A stretch of 64,000 nt of DNA from a bacterium (GCA_963675755.2 CAXXMD010000003.1:1408001-1472000); one strand, 5' to 3'. Shown: positions 1 through 10,321, counted from the first letter of the stretch. The notes: generated from the letters alone by a model not told the origin. Numbers and translations: made by a program.

Positions 1-2856
1 GTAGACGCACAAATACCTCCGGTAATGCCCGAAGGATTTACCTATCAAAACATTACTGCCCAAATAACGGCTCCCAATGATATTGATCTTTCCAATAATA
101 TTGATGGAGACCATTTTTGGATTGGTGATGAATTGCCCGTTGAAGTTGCAGACCTTGCCATTACACTGGAATCCAATCCGGATTCGTTTCTGGTCAGCGG
201 TCAGGATACGTTGAAACTTGCCATGCGCGATGAAACGGTTCCCCTGACCATTACAATTGCAAACTTGCAGCCGGATACCGCCAGAAATATTGTGGTAACC
301 ACCACTATTCCACCACAACTCTCTTTTACTGAATCCGAAGAAACGCCTGTACAGATCCAGGCAAATCAGGTGACCTGGCATTTTGGCCAGATTCCTCCCA
401 ATTCTCAGAAATCATGGATATACCAGGCAGAGGTTAAATCCGGACTTGCTGATTCCATGATAACCGTGAACAGCCTTGCTCAGGTCAGCGCGGACAATGA
501 CAGTATTCTGGATAACAATAGTGATACAGATGTATTTTACATTGTACGAAAAGACACAGTTCTGGATATGGGTGTAACTGTAGCAATACAATCAGACACC
601 ACCATTACCATCGATTCCACACCTCACAAAGCGGTTGTTGGTGGTAATACATTTAGCTACGAGATGAATATTACCAATAACGGTCCCTTTGTGTCTGTAG
701 CTTCTGTATTGCAAACCATTATACCGGAATCGGTTACGATCTCTGCATTCAGTTTACAGCCGGATGTAACAAACGGAGATACTCTGCAATGGAATTTTGC
801 ACTGTTTGATCCCGATTCCGTGCTCTCGATTGGTATGGTACTCAAATCCAAATGGAACCTGCCTTATTTCCCGGAAAAGCTCACACTGTCATCAGAAATT
901 TTTGAACCGTATGATGTGGATCCTGCCAATAATACAGACAGCGATTATCTGTATATTCTGGCCCCACCAGACACCAACGAAACCGATGTATGGACCACTA
1001 TTGCTTCAACTACCGATACCACAGAGGTTTTTGAAGAGAATACGTTTAATGCTGTTTTCCCGGGAGACACCTTTCTCTACACGATCGATTACGGCAACCT
1101 GGGTCCCGATGATGCCAGTTCAACCTCGCTGGGTTTCTCGGTACCTGACTATGTGACTTTACTGGAAGCTTCGGTAGAACCACAGGATGGTGCAACAGAA
1201 TTTGGAACAACGGCCACCTGGAACATTGCCCTGCTGCCCGCTTCCGCTGATTCTGTTATCATTCTGCAAATGATGCTGGATCCCAATGTTGACAGTACAT
1301 TGCAATGGTTTGACGCATCGGTTATCATTTCAAATGTAGATGATACCAATGCAAGCAACGACAGCGACAGTGAACGCATACGCATCATTCCATTACCCCC
1401 GGAACCTTCTAAAAACTATGATGCTGAAATCATCTTTGTTGCAATTGCAGATTCTCAATATATATCCGGCGGTATTACCTATCCTGCAACAGAAGCCGGT
1501 AACCGCTATCAATATCATCTTTCTGTTGTTAATCACGGTCCTAAACCGGCAATGGATGTCGCTATTCATGCAACCGTTCCCGATGTTGTGACCCTTTCTG
1601 ATTTCTCCAAAACAAGCGAGTCTGCAGACTCACTTGACTGGTCCATTGACTCGTTGGCCGTGGGAGCAACCTGGACGGTAACATTTGCCGCACAAACCCC
1701 GACTGAACTTCCAATGTATCCGCAAGCTGTTGTAGCGGGAGCAAACATACAAGCAATACATGATACAGTTGCAGTCAACAACGCTGCCCAAAACACGACT
1801 TATATACTTGAAAAAATTGAAACCGACTTTATAGATGTTACCCCAGCCCAAATCGCAATTACAGATTCTAACGGTACGGTAAACAGCCTTTCCTACAACT
1901 TTGCACGTGAAGGTGAAGATTATGTTTACCAACTCACCATACAGAACCTGGGCGATATGACAGCCTATGATGTAAGAGTTGTGGATTATTATCCACAGGA
2001 ACTTTCGATTCACACATTTGATCCTGCACCCTTTACATCAAATTCAGATTCCATTGTCTGGAATATCACATCCATTCCGGCAGGCGGATCTCAGGTTCTG
2101 ACCTTTCATGCAGTTGTTCCTGGACTGATGCCAATCGGACTGAATCCCTTAGATAATCGGGTTACGGTTTCTGCAGCTGATGAAAAACCTGAAAAAACAG
2201 AAAACAATACTTCTGAGTTACGGGTTTACAACTATGTCAAAGAACCGGATCCATTCACTCCGTTAATTGAAGCGTTACCCCCAACTATTGACGTAACCGA
2301 CAGCGCAATGATCCGGGTGCAGGTGCCTGTAGAGATAACATCGTGGGATTTATGGATCTATTTGCCAAACGGTCAGGTTATTAAAGACTTTGCAGATGAT
2401 TTTATTTCAAACAATCTGTTACAACCGGACGTCTGGTTCAACATTGACGACTATTACGATCAATCCCATTTATATAGCGGTACCCTGGCAGACGATATCA
2501 TTCTTGAAATACATGCCTATGGAAAACGCGGAAACGAAGGTATTGGTCAAACTCACCTTGTCGTAAAAAGCGAAAACCATATGGTGCTTGACCGAAACGT
2601 TTTCCGACCCGGAATAGATGGTTATGTAGATATCAAGTTCAAACTCAGCTATGAACGTTTAGCACGTTTGGACGTTTTTGATGTGAGTGGTCGTTTGATC
2701 ACCACACTGTCAGAAGATTTTTACGATGGCGGTTGGAATTCGTTTTTGTGGAATGGCCGTCTGCAAGACGGACGGGATGCCGGCAGCGGTGTTTATTTAA
2801 TTACGCTGGATTCCGGAGAGTTCAAGGATTGGAAAAAATTAATCATTGTGAGATAA
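1..2856 (+). CDS. Large secreted/surface protein with tandem DUF11-like Ig repeats and a C-terminal FlgD/T9SS-like sorting domain (5'-truncated by the window)
   Basis: Frame is open from base 1 (VDAQIPPVMPEG...). Repeated ~140-aa acidic units of the form 'Y.I.ITNNGP..A..V.....IP..V......W....L......NN...D'. C-terminus 'RNVFRPGIDG...VFDVSGRLITTL...WNGR..DG..AGSGVYLI...KKLIIVR'. Confidence 0.85.
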   Translation, partial: VDAQIPPVMPEGFTYQNITAQITAPNDIDLSNNIDGDHFWIGDELPVEVADLAITLESNPDSFLVSGQDTLKLAMRDETVPLTITIANLQPDTARNIVVTTTIPPQLSFTESEETPVQIQANQVTWHFGQIPPNSQKSWIYQAEVKSGLADSMITVNSLAQVSADNDSILDNNSDTDVFYIVRKDTVLDMGVTVAIQSDTTITIDSTPHKAVVGGNTFSYEMNITNNGPFVSVASVLQTIIPESVTISAFSLQPDVTNGDTLQWNFALFDPDSVLSIGMVLKSKWNLPYFPEKLTLSSEIFEPYDVDPANNTDSDYLYILAPPDTNETDVWTTIASTTDTTEVFEENTFNAVFPGDTFLYTIDYGNLGPDDASSTSLGFSVPDYVTLLEASVEPQDGATEFGTTATWNIALLPASADSVIILQMMLDPNVDSTLQWFDASVIISNVDDTNASNDSDSERIRIIPLPPEPSKNYDAEIIFVAIADSQYISGGITYPATEAGNRYQYHLSVVNHGPKPAMDVAIHATVPDVVTLSDFSKTSESADSLDWSIDSLAVGATWTVTFAAQTPTELPMYPQAVVAGANIQAIHDTVAVNNAAQNTTYILEKIETDFIDVTPAQIAITDSNGTVNSLSYNFAREGEDYVYQLTIQNLGDMTAYDVRVVDYYPQELSIHTFDPAPFTSNSDSIVWNITSIPAGGSQVLTFHAVVPGLMPIGLNPLDNRVTVSAADEKPEKTENNTSELRVYNYVKEPDPFTPLIEALPPTIDVTDSAMIRVQVPVEITSWDLWIYLPNGQVIKDFADDFISNNLLQPDVWFNIDDYYDQSHLYSGTLADDIILEIHAYGKRGNEGIGQTHLVVKSENHMVLDRNVFRPGIDGYVDIKFKLSYERLARLDVFDVSGRLITTLSEDFYDGGWNSFLWNGRLQDGRDAGSGVYLITLDSGEFKDWKKLIIVR

Positions 2857-2859
2857 ACT

Positions 2860-5790
2860 ATGAAAAAGATATTGATACGTCAGTTCTCGATCTTTTTGCT
2901 GCTGTTTGTTACCGTACAAAGTAACGCACAAATCAGAGCAGGCGCTGCATTTCTAAAAATGCTACCGGGTGCGCGGGTTCAGTCCATGTCTATGGCGCAA
3001 ACCGGAATCATTGACGATGTTCATTCTTTATATGCCAACCCCGGTTCTGCCGGTTTCTTGCGCGAATGGCAATGGTCGGCTTCTTATACAAAATGGATTG
3101 CCGACATTTCCAATGCCTCTTTTCTTTACGGAAAACGCGTTCATACTCCATGGAGCCGCAGAACAAACCTGGCTGTAGGATTTTTGTATCAGGGTGTTCC
3201 TGAATTTGACAGTACGGATGATACCATGCCATATGCTTCTTCGAACGATATGGTCGCATCTCTCAGTATTGGTCAACCTCTTTCCTTTTTAACAGACTAT
3301 ATTTCGCTGGGTGCCAATTTCAAATACTTGCGCAGCAAGCTGGCAGATTTCAGCGCCGGCGCTCCTGTTGCGGATTTTGGTCTGTTGATTCGTACACCCC
3401 GTTTTGGCATGGGTAATTCTGTGTTTCCTTATGGTATTATCACCATGGGCGCTGCTCTTACCCAATATGGCGGTACCATCAACTTTGACCGTCAGGGAAC
3501 GCCTTTGCCCGAAACCCGACGTGCAGGACTTGCATTTTATACCGGTAGTCATACTGGCTTGCAATTTGTTGTAACTGCCGATTATATCGATGTTATGGAT
3601 GAAGATAATTACATTGCAATGGGTACCGAGTTTAGTATTGGTCGCACGTTTTCCATAAACGCGGGATATGACTTTGGCGGCGATCTGATGGAAAAGGTTA
3701 CCTTTGGCGCAAGTATACGGCTCGATGACATCAACTTTCCCGGTGGCGAAGTGGTTCCGGGTCGCAACAATGCCCTGCGTTTTGATGTAGCATCGGTAAA
3801 TGAAGCGGATTTCTTTTCACGGACCTATCGCGGTACTGCAACGCATTACCCCATTCGTCCCGAACAGTTTTCTTTTATAACCGCAACGGAAAACGACACA
3901 TTTTATACCGACACCGTACGGGTCCACTGGCAGCCATCCAAAGATCCTGACCTGTACGATGATGTAAGCTATACCCTGGTAATGGACCAGAATTATTCCA
4001 AAATGACACGTCTGGCTTATTTGTACAATGAAGATCAGGGTAATCTCTTGGAAGAAATTAAAAATACCAGCTATATGGTAAAAACCAATCTGAAAGAAAC
4101 GGAATACTTGTTTCATGATATTGTTGGTGGTTACTATTACTGGATGGTTGTCGCAATTGATAAAGATAAACATGTTAGACTGGCGAAAAAGGGCGACAAC
4201 TTTATCTCCAAATTTTATGTACCATTACCTGACATCCAAATCGACCAAATTGTATTCAACTATTCTCCATGGATAACCATGGACGACTATCATGGTGATA
4301 TACGTGTTCATCTGAGTAATCGTGGTGACCGAATCGCATCTCAATTTACAGTTAACATCTCTGACTCTGTTGGTATTTTAAAAGAGAGTCTGGATATGGA
4401 CAATGTAAATCAGCCCACAACCCAATTGATATCCAGAGCGGTTATAGATTCATTACTGCCTGGTGAAGAAAAAGTCATCCCCATCCAGTGGAACACAAAA
4501 TGGCTTGGCAAGCACGAGTTCATAGTAGAAGCTGATGTGGACAGCAACCTGATAGAATGGGAAAAAGATAAAAACTATAAAGTCACAAGCTTTTACACCA
4601 TTCCCAAAGGCTACCTGACAACAGCAGACACAGCGTTAACCATTTTGAACTCGCGGGTAGAGATCAATACTCCAATTGTTACGGTAGTGACCTTTGACAC
4701 CAACAAGACTGATGTTTCCATGGATTACCTGACCATGTCTCAATTCGATCCGCATCTAAGCATTATTGCAGAGAGATTGGTTAGAAAACCAGATCAGCGT
4801 ATTACCCTGAAAGGATGGGCAGATCCCAATTCCGAAAACGCAACGGTTGACCTTGCCAATCGTCGTGCCGAGGCAGTACGTGACACTTTGATTTCACGAC
4901 GTGTAAGACCAGAACAAATCCGGATTCTACCTGGTGAAGTTTGGGAAAGCCGCCGCACGCCTTCAAATCCTGATGACAGAAGATGGATCTTTGAAGAACG
5001 CCGTATGGTCAAGATCGACTCAGACACCCTGGGTCAGGAAGAACTGTTTGAACCGGTATACATCCGGGATGATGAACCGCTGTTGAAAAACATTGTATTT
5101 GATACCCAATTGAAATACGCGGTACCTGCTGAAGAATCTTATGCCGCTTATTTTGGAAAAGGTATTGTAGATACGCTTGAACTGGATCTGAAAGAAGGCG
5201 CAAAAATCAAAACCCATATTGAATGGATGCCTATTCCATATGGACGGGTTTACTGGAATGAAAAAGAAGCTGAATACCAGCTCAAGGTTATTGATAACCT
5301 GGGCAGACACTTTAAAACCCGACCAGACACAGTGGTAATGAAAGCAATTGATGTGTTGAGAGAAAATCGTATGGCAATTCCGTTGCAATTCAACAATACC
5401 AGTCCGTTGTACGAGTTTTATCTCAATCTGCTGCTCGAACAAATGAGTTCCATTCTGGAAAATCCGGATATGCGTATCGCTTTCAGCGGGCACGCCTGTG
5501 CAACCGGATCCGCTCAGATCAATGAAGCGCTGTCTGATCGACGGGTAAAAACATTCCAGCAGGAATTTATGGAGTATATGAAACAAAATGCTCCTGACAA
5601 TTACGAAAGTATCATGTCACGTGTGGATCCGCCACGTGGATATGGTGAATATAATCCACTGCAGGTGGAGCGTTTGACAGGTGAACAGATATTGATTGGT
5701 GACAATGAAAAATCATCGGGACGTATCCTGAACCGACGCATCGAAATCAAGATATATCTAACCAAATCTCCCCTTGATGCTTATAAATAG
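2860..5790 (+). CDS. PorV/PorQ (UPF0164)-like beta-barrel fused to FN3-like, CARDB and two OmpA-like peptidoglycan-binding domains
   Basis: Signal peptide; 'GAAFLKMLPGARVQSMSMA...DDVHSLYANPGS' is the PorV/UPF0164-type N-terminus; CARDB-like 'LPDIQI...SNRG...LLPGEEK...EADVDSNLIE'; OmpA motifs 'ITLKGWADP..LANRRAEAV' and 'FSGHACATGS..NEALSDRRV..GYGE..NRRIEI'. Confidence 0.8.
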   Translation: MKKILIRQFSIFLLLFVTVQSNAQIRAGAAFLKMLPGARVQSMSMAQTGIIDDVHSLYANPGSAGFLREWQWSASYTKWIADISNASFLYGKRVHTPWSRRTNLAVGFLYQGVPEFDSTDDTMPYASSNDMVASLSIGQPLSFLTDYISLGANFKYLRSKLADFSAGAPVADFGLLIRTPRFGMGNSVFPYGIITMGAALTQYGGTINFDRQGTPLPETRRAGLAFYTGSHTGLQFVVTADYIDVMDEDNYIAMGTEFSIGRTFSINAGYDFGGDLMEKVTFGASIRLDDINFPGGEVVPGRNNALRFDVASVNEADFFSRTYRGTATHYPIRPEQFSFITATENDTFYTDTVRVHWQPSKDPDLYDDVSYTLVMDQNYSKMTRLAYLYNEDQGNLLEEIKNTSYMVKTNLKETEYLFHDIVGGYYYWMVVAIDKDKHVRLAKKGDNFISKFYVPLPDIQIDQIVFNYSPWITMDDYHGDIRVHLSNRGDRIASQFTVNISDSVGILKESLDMDNVNQPTTQLISRAVIDSLLPGEEKVIPIQWNTKWLGKHEFIVEADVDSNLIEWEKDKNYKVTSFYTIPKGYLTTADTALTILNSRVEINTPIVTVVTFDTNKTDVSMDYLTMSQFDPHLSIIAERLVRKPDQRITLKGWADPNSENATVDLANRRAEAVRDTLISRRVRPEQIRILPGEVWESRRTPSNPDDRRWIFEERRMVKIDSDTLGQEELFEPVYIRDDEPLLKNIVFDTQLKYAVPAEESYAAYFGKGIVDTLELDLKEGAKIKTHIEWMPIPYGRVYWNEKEAEYQLKVIDNLGRHFKTRPDTVVMKAIDVLRENRMAIPLQFNNTSPLYEFYLNLLLEQMSSILENPDMRIAFSGHACATGSAQINEALSDRRVKTFQQEFMEYMKQNAPDNYESIMSRVDPPRGYGEYNPLQVERLTGEQILIGDNEKSSGRILNRRIEIKIYLTKSPLDAYK

Positions 5791-5795
5791 AAACT

Positions 5796-5829
5796 AAAAA
5801 AGGGAGCGGATATCCGCTCCCTTTTTTTT
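5796..5829. terminator. Bidirectional intrinsic terminator
   Basis: Perfect palindrome AAAAAAGGGAGCGGAT/ATCCGCTCCCTTTTTT between convergent genes. Confidence 0.9.
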
Positions 5830-5894
5830 AATTCAAAATTATTTTCTATCAATAATATACTATTCTAATAAACAGACTTTTTTTATCATCATAT

Positions 5895-6107
5895 TTATTG
5901 ATATTTCTTGATTGTTTTTACAATGGCTACTTTTTGCATCTTTGGTAAAGGACCATATTCTTTTCTTCGAAGACGCTCAACTTCCTCAAATCGCTCTCCT
6001 GGAGGACGACTGAGCCAATATTGTAGATCTTTTTTTTCTAATTCTGAATCACCAATAAAACTTTTAGTAACGATTCTCTGTAATTTTCTTTTATTGCTTT
6101 TATTCAC
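5895..6107 (-). CDS. Small basic hypothetical protein (70 aa)
   Basis: GTG start preceded by GAGGA. The 'DLQYWLSRPPGERFEEVERLR' segment resembles small proteins I associate with nucleotidyltransferase gene pairs. Confidence 0.6.
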   Translation of the reverse strand: MNKSNKRKLQRIVTKSFIGDSELEKKDLQYWLSRPPGERFEEVERLRRKEYGPLPKMQKVAIVKTIKKYQ

Positions 6108-6165
6108 CTAAAATCCTCAATCCACACAAAACAAAATATCAATTTTGACAATAAAATACTATTTT

Positions 6166-8139
6166 TCAATCACTCAATACGGTTAATTTCTTGTACAACA
6201 CCGTACTGCCAGATTTAAACCGTACAAAATATACCCCATCCGGGACACGCGTTCCGTTTTCATCTAAAGCATCCCAGCTAAACGTGTACAACCCTCCCAT
6301 CATACTTTGATTCGCAATGGTTCTTACGCGTTTTCCCAGGGTATTGTAAACCGTCAGCAGTATATGATGCGGATTGCCTTTTTGCGCTACCTGAACATCA
6401 ACGCGAGTCGCAGGTACCTTGTCAGTAGGAACAAACGGATTGGGATAGGTCTGCGACAATCCGAATTCATAATCTTCAAATCCCGGTGGTAACGGTCTGG
6501 CAACAATCTTGGTTTTATCCAGCAGCCATTCATACGGGTCAACATCCAGCTCGGAGGGATTAAAATCCAGTTCCCATTGAAAGGTCTCATAATCATGAGT
6601 AATAAGCAGCGTATCCAGCAATGCTGCTTGGTCAGAACGGAACAATACTTCCAGGGGAAATTCAAAAATTCCGCCCACTACTTGCCGTTGTCTCACAAAC
6701 AGTTCCACCAGTCGCTTTCCATCTGCGGTCAAGGTTGTCTCCCACCCCACTTCAAGGTCCGGATATCCGGGACGATAAATCCACTGTTCAAAAAACAGAT
6801 CAAGATTCTGTCCCGATTCCTGTTCAGCAATTTGTTTAAAATCATCAATGGTTGCATTGCCATATGCATGCTGATCCAGATAAGCTCGCAATGTATTCAT
6901 AAACGCATCATCACCAACAAGATATCGCAGCATGTGCAGCACCCAGGCCCCTTTTTGATAAACCGTATATCCCCACATGTAAACCGGATCATATAAAGCA
7001 AAGTGCCCAATTCGTCCCACTTCGCTGAAATAGTTGGTTGCCATGGTTTGCATGGTACCCCGCAGAGAATCCTGACCGACTATCTGCTCAAAATAGAGCG
7101 CTTCACAATACGAGGCAAAGCCTTCGTTAAGCCAGATCTCTCGCCAGTCTGTCAATGTTACATAATCTCCAAACCAGTGATGCGCCAGCTCGTGCGCCAC
7201 AATATAATCATATTTATTGTCACCGGTTATAAGATTGGTAGACATGCTTGTCATGGTCTGGTGCTCCATGGCACCGCTCTGATAAGTCTCTGCCATGCTG
7301 TAACGATCAAAAGGGTATGGACCAAACAACTCTTCAAACACACGCATCATTTGTGAAAGATTCTGCCAGCTCAACTCGGCATTTTCAAACTTTTCCGGAG
7401 TTACATAATACTCCAGTGAAATGGTATCCTCATCAAGGGAAATAAAGGGCTCCTTGTGTACCTCATAGTTACTGACAGCAATAGCAATCAGATAAGACGC
7501 TATGGGATGCTTCTCCTGCCAGTGCCATGTGGTTGTACCCTCTTCTGAGGTTGTGGTATCCACCAGCAAACCGTTGGAAAAAGCGCTCAACCCGGTGGGC
7601 ACAGTTATGTACATATCCAGCGTTGCCTTGTCATCCGGCACATCATGTGACGGCACCCAAAAGCGCAGCATGGATGGCGGCTGGGTGTTCAAACCTTCGC
7701 CATGCGTATAAATAATATCTTTGATAAAAAAGAATCCGCCGCTGCGGTCGTTGCCCGGTGTGCCGTGATAATAGACACTCACTCCAAAGGTATCATCCAT
7801 TGCGGGAGTATCCATAACCAGTTTGCCGTTACCATACAAATACTCGCTTGTTTCAACGCCTTGAATAAACACAGAATCTACCGTCAGGTTTAACAGATGT
7901 AGAAAAAAAGAGGCCTCAGCAGAAGGTAAGGAACGAATTTCAAGATCAGCTCGTGCGGTAATCTGTTTTTCTTCCGGTGAAATTAAAAGATGCAGGTCAT
8001 AATGCAGTACATCAATGGGGTTGGATTCATCATCACTATCCAACTGCATATAAACAGGTGGAGAGACAAAGGGCTTGTCTAAAATCCTGTCCTGCGCAAA
8101 AACACTGCCTGCAAAGAAAACAAGCAGTAACCATGTCAA
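6166..8139 (-). CDS. Secreted M1-family zinc aminopeptidase with C-terminal FlgD/T9SS-like domain
   Basis: GAMEH exopeptidase motif, HELAH(x18)E zinc motif ('HELAHHWFG...WLNEG'), signal peptide, 'QTYPNPF...YNTLG...WDA...GVYFVR' CTD. Confidence 0.92.
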   Translation of the reverse strand: MTWLLLVFFAGSVFAQDRILDKPFVSPPVYMQLDSDDESNPIDVLHYDLHLLISPEEKQITARADLEIRSLPSAEASFFLHLLNLTVDSVFIQGVETSEYLYGNGKLVMDTPAMDDTFGVSVYYHGTPGNDRSGGFFFIKDIIYTHGEGLNTQPPSMLRFWVPSHDVPDDKATLDMYITVPTGLSAFSNGLLVDTTTSEEGTTTWHWQEKHPIASYLIAIAVSNYEVHKEPFISLDEDTISLEYYVTPEKFENAELSWQNLSQMMRVFEELFGPYPFDRYSMAETYQSGAMEHQTMTSMSTNLITGDNKYDYIVAHELAHHWFGDYVTLTDWREIWLNEGFASYCEALYFEQIVGQDSLRGTMQTMATNYFSEVGRIGHFALYDPVYMWGYTVYQKGAWVLHMLRYLVGDDAFMNTLRAYLDQHAYGNATIDDFKQIAEQESGQNLDLFFEQWIYRPGYPDLEVGWETTLTADGKRLVELFVRQRQVVGGIFEFPLEVLFRSDQAALLDTLLITHDYETFQWELDFNPSELDVDPYEWLLDKTKIVARPLPPGFEDYEFGLSQTYPNPFVPTDKVPATRVDVQVAQKGNPHHILLTVYNTLGKRVRTIANQSMMGGLYTFSWDALDENGTRVPDGVYFVRFKSGSTVLYKKLTVLSD

Positions 8140-8143
8140 ACGG

Positions 8144-8338
8144 CTACTTTTCAGCGTTGGGGTCCTTTAAGGTACTCCATATAATTATACCAATAGCAAC
8201 AATACAGCCCCACAAGATCAAAACCAATGTGCGGGGAGGATTGCGAAACAAAATTTCATAAAGCAGACCGGCAACTCCAAATGCCATGTAAATGACTGCC
8301 CTGCGTTTATATCCGTCTTTCCAAAAACTAAATTTCAT
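8144..8338 (-). CDS. Small two-TM membrane protein
   Basis: Two hydrophobic helices; 4-nt gap to the downstream peptidase gene. Confidence 0.65.
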   Translation of the reverse strand: MKFSFWKDGYKRRAVIYMAFGVAGLLYEILFRNPPRTLVLILWGCIVAIGIIIWSTLKDPNAEK

Positions 8339-8380
8339 TGCAACTCTCTTTTTTTATCAAGAACACCAAAATCTGTCCGG

Positions 8381-8914
8381 TTATTCTTGCAGATGTGATA
8401 ATAATTCATAAACCGCTATGCCATAGGCAACCGAAACATTGAGCGATTGCTTGATACCCAGCATGGGTATCTCTACGGCAATATCGCCCAATGGTACAAG
8501 CTCATCCTGAATACCGTGATACTCGTTGCCAACCACCATGCAAAGGGGAATTTGGTAATCCGCTTGGCGGTAATCCACACTGTCAGAGGTATGTTCCAGC
8601 ATAACGATCTGATAGCCCTCTGATTTCAGCTTTTCAATCAATTTTGCCGCATCCGGTTCATAACTCCAGGGCACGGATTCTTCAGCGCCCAGGCTGGTCT
8701 TGCGAATGTCTGCCCGCGGAGGTTGGCTGGTAATACCGCACAGATACAGATGCTCTATATGCGCGCCGTCTGAGGTACGAAACAAGGCACCTACATTGTG
8801 CGCGGAACGGATATTGTCCGCTATCACTACAATACGGTTGCGGGGACTGTTGAGCGAATCCTGCGGATCAGGACGCGCATCATTTATTTCTTCATATGAA
8901 AGTTTGCGGAGCAT
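8381..8914 (-). CDS. SpoU/TrmH-family RNA 2'-O-methyltransferase
   Basis: SPOUT motifs 'DNIRSAHNVGALFRT', 'VVGNEYHGI', 'EIPMLGIKQSLNVSVA'. Confidence 0.93.
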   Translation of the reverse strand: MLRKLSYEEINDARPDPQDSLNSPRNRIVVIADNIRSAHNVGALFRTSDGAHIEHLYLCGITSQPPRADIRKTSLGAEESVPWSYEPDAAKLIEKLKSEGYQIVMLEHTSDSVDYRQADYQIPLCMVVGNEYHGIQDELVPLGDIAVEIPMLGIKQSLNVSVAYGIAVYELLSHLQE

Positions 8915-9038
8915 AATATTCTTTCTCTTCCGGGAACTAAACTCTGATCAATTTGTATAAAATAAGAGTTTACAATCTATTATACAACTATTTTCAATAA
9001 ATCACTTTATCCAAGGGGAATCAAAAGAGGGGACGCTT

Positions 9039-9656
9039 ATGAAAACCAAACGTTTTTTGTTTGTTATGTTGAGCTGTATAATTATCAACTCACAGGCAGC
9101 AGAACTGGGGGTAGATTTTGGAACAGGTATTGTTCAATCAATAGAAACAGATACTCAATCCTTTGACAGCCCACCTAATAGTATAAATGTTAAACTCTGG
9201 GTACCGGTAAAGTCCATGATGCTGGTTTTATCAACAGGTTATAGTTATAAAAAAAATGAAACAAATTATAGCAATAACGAAGAAAGATATTTATTAACAA
9301 AAGGAATCCCCGTAGAGTTTGAGATTTTATCCTGCCCGTTGCAAAGCAAGACTTTCTCACCATTTATTGGTATAGGAATGGGATATTACAACTATGAGCT
9401 TACGAACAAAAGTTATGCGACCTTTAATTACGACTTGAAAGGATTTGCCCAATATTTCACTTTTGGATGCAAATACAATATAACCACCAAGGTGTCCTCT
9501 TTTATCCAATTCAAAAAGTTAGGTTGGAGTGATATTACAATTACTCCTGACAATAATAATTTTTATGATTATGGATTTACATATAAATCAAAATATGACA
9601 GTCAAAACGGTATAGAGGATATGGGAATAGCCGTGGGATTTTCATTTAAAATGTAG
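9039..9656 (+). CDS. Outer-membrane beta-barrel protein (8-strand OmpW/OmpA-barrel-like)
   Basis: Signal peptide, alternating aromatic/Gly beta-strands ('SPFIGIGMGYYNY', 'FTFGCKYNI'), C-terminal 'VGFSFKM'. Confidence 0.7.
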   Translation: MKTKRFLFVMLSCIIINSQAAELGVDFGTGIVQSIETDTQSFDSPPNSINVKLWVPVKSMMLVLSTGYSYKKNETNYSNNEERYLLTKGIPVEFEILSCPLQSKTFSPFIGIGMGYYNYELTNKSYATFNYDLKGFAQYFTFGCKYNITTKVSSFIQFKKLGWSDITITPDNNNFYDYGFTYKSKYDSQNGIEDMGIAVGFSFKM

Positions 9657-9667
9657 GGGGCTCTCTC

Positions 9668-10291
9668 ATGAAAAAAACAGTTTTAATATTATTCTTTATA
9701 TTTTTAATAAAACCAATTTACGCAAATAGTATAGGTTTAAGTTATGGTTCCAGTTTTATAAACCAACCATCAACATATCACTCTAATATGAATCTTGTAC
9801 CCAAACAACTCGCTCTTTTTGCCGAGTATTCAATGACCGATAAAAATAGTTTATTTACAAAAATGGGCTTTGCAAGGAAAAAACTTTTATCTGAAACCAA
9901 TACAGGACATGAACTCCTAAACGGTACTGAAGAATTGTCTGGAATGTCTTTTGAGTTGGAATATCAGACAATTGCGTCACTAGACAGGGATAAAACTATT
10001 AATTTATTCTGGGGATTGGGTGCAGGATATTATAATTACAGCTATACCAATAATTATCAAAAAACCTGGGAAAAAGATTATAATGGGCTTGCACAATTTT
10101 TTAGTTTTGGTTTTTCAACTTTAATACATACAAAAGCTAAAATGTTTATCCATTTTAAAAAGATGGGGTTCAGCAATATTAAAGAAAAACAAGCCCCTTC
10201 CGGTTCTTCTGGTAAAACAATTGATTATGTCAGCAAATCCGGATTAAAAAATCTTGAGCTGTCTGTAGGGCTCTGCTATATAATAAACTAA
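9668..10291 (+). CDS. Outer-membrane beta-barrel protein, paralog of the upstream gene
   Basis: Shares 'G.GYYNY...D..G.AQ.F.FG...FI.FKK.G.S.I' with 9039..9656; signal peptide. Confidence 0.7.
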   Translation: MKKTVLILFFIFLIKPIYANSIGLSYGSSFINQPSTYHSNMNLVPKQLALFAEYSMTDKNSLFTKMGFARKKLLSETNTGHELLNGTEELSGMSFELEYQTIASLDRDKTINLFWGLGAGYYNYSYTNNYQKTWEKDYNGLAQFFSFGFSTLIHTKAKMFIHFKKMGFSNIKEKQAPSGSSGKTIDYVSKSGLKNLELSVGLCYIIN

Positions 10292-10321
10292 TGCCGCTGT
10301 TGTAGTTAATAGATTATATTT

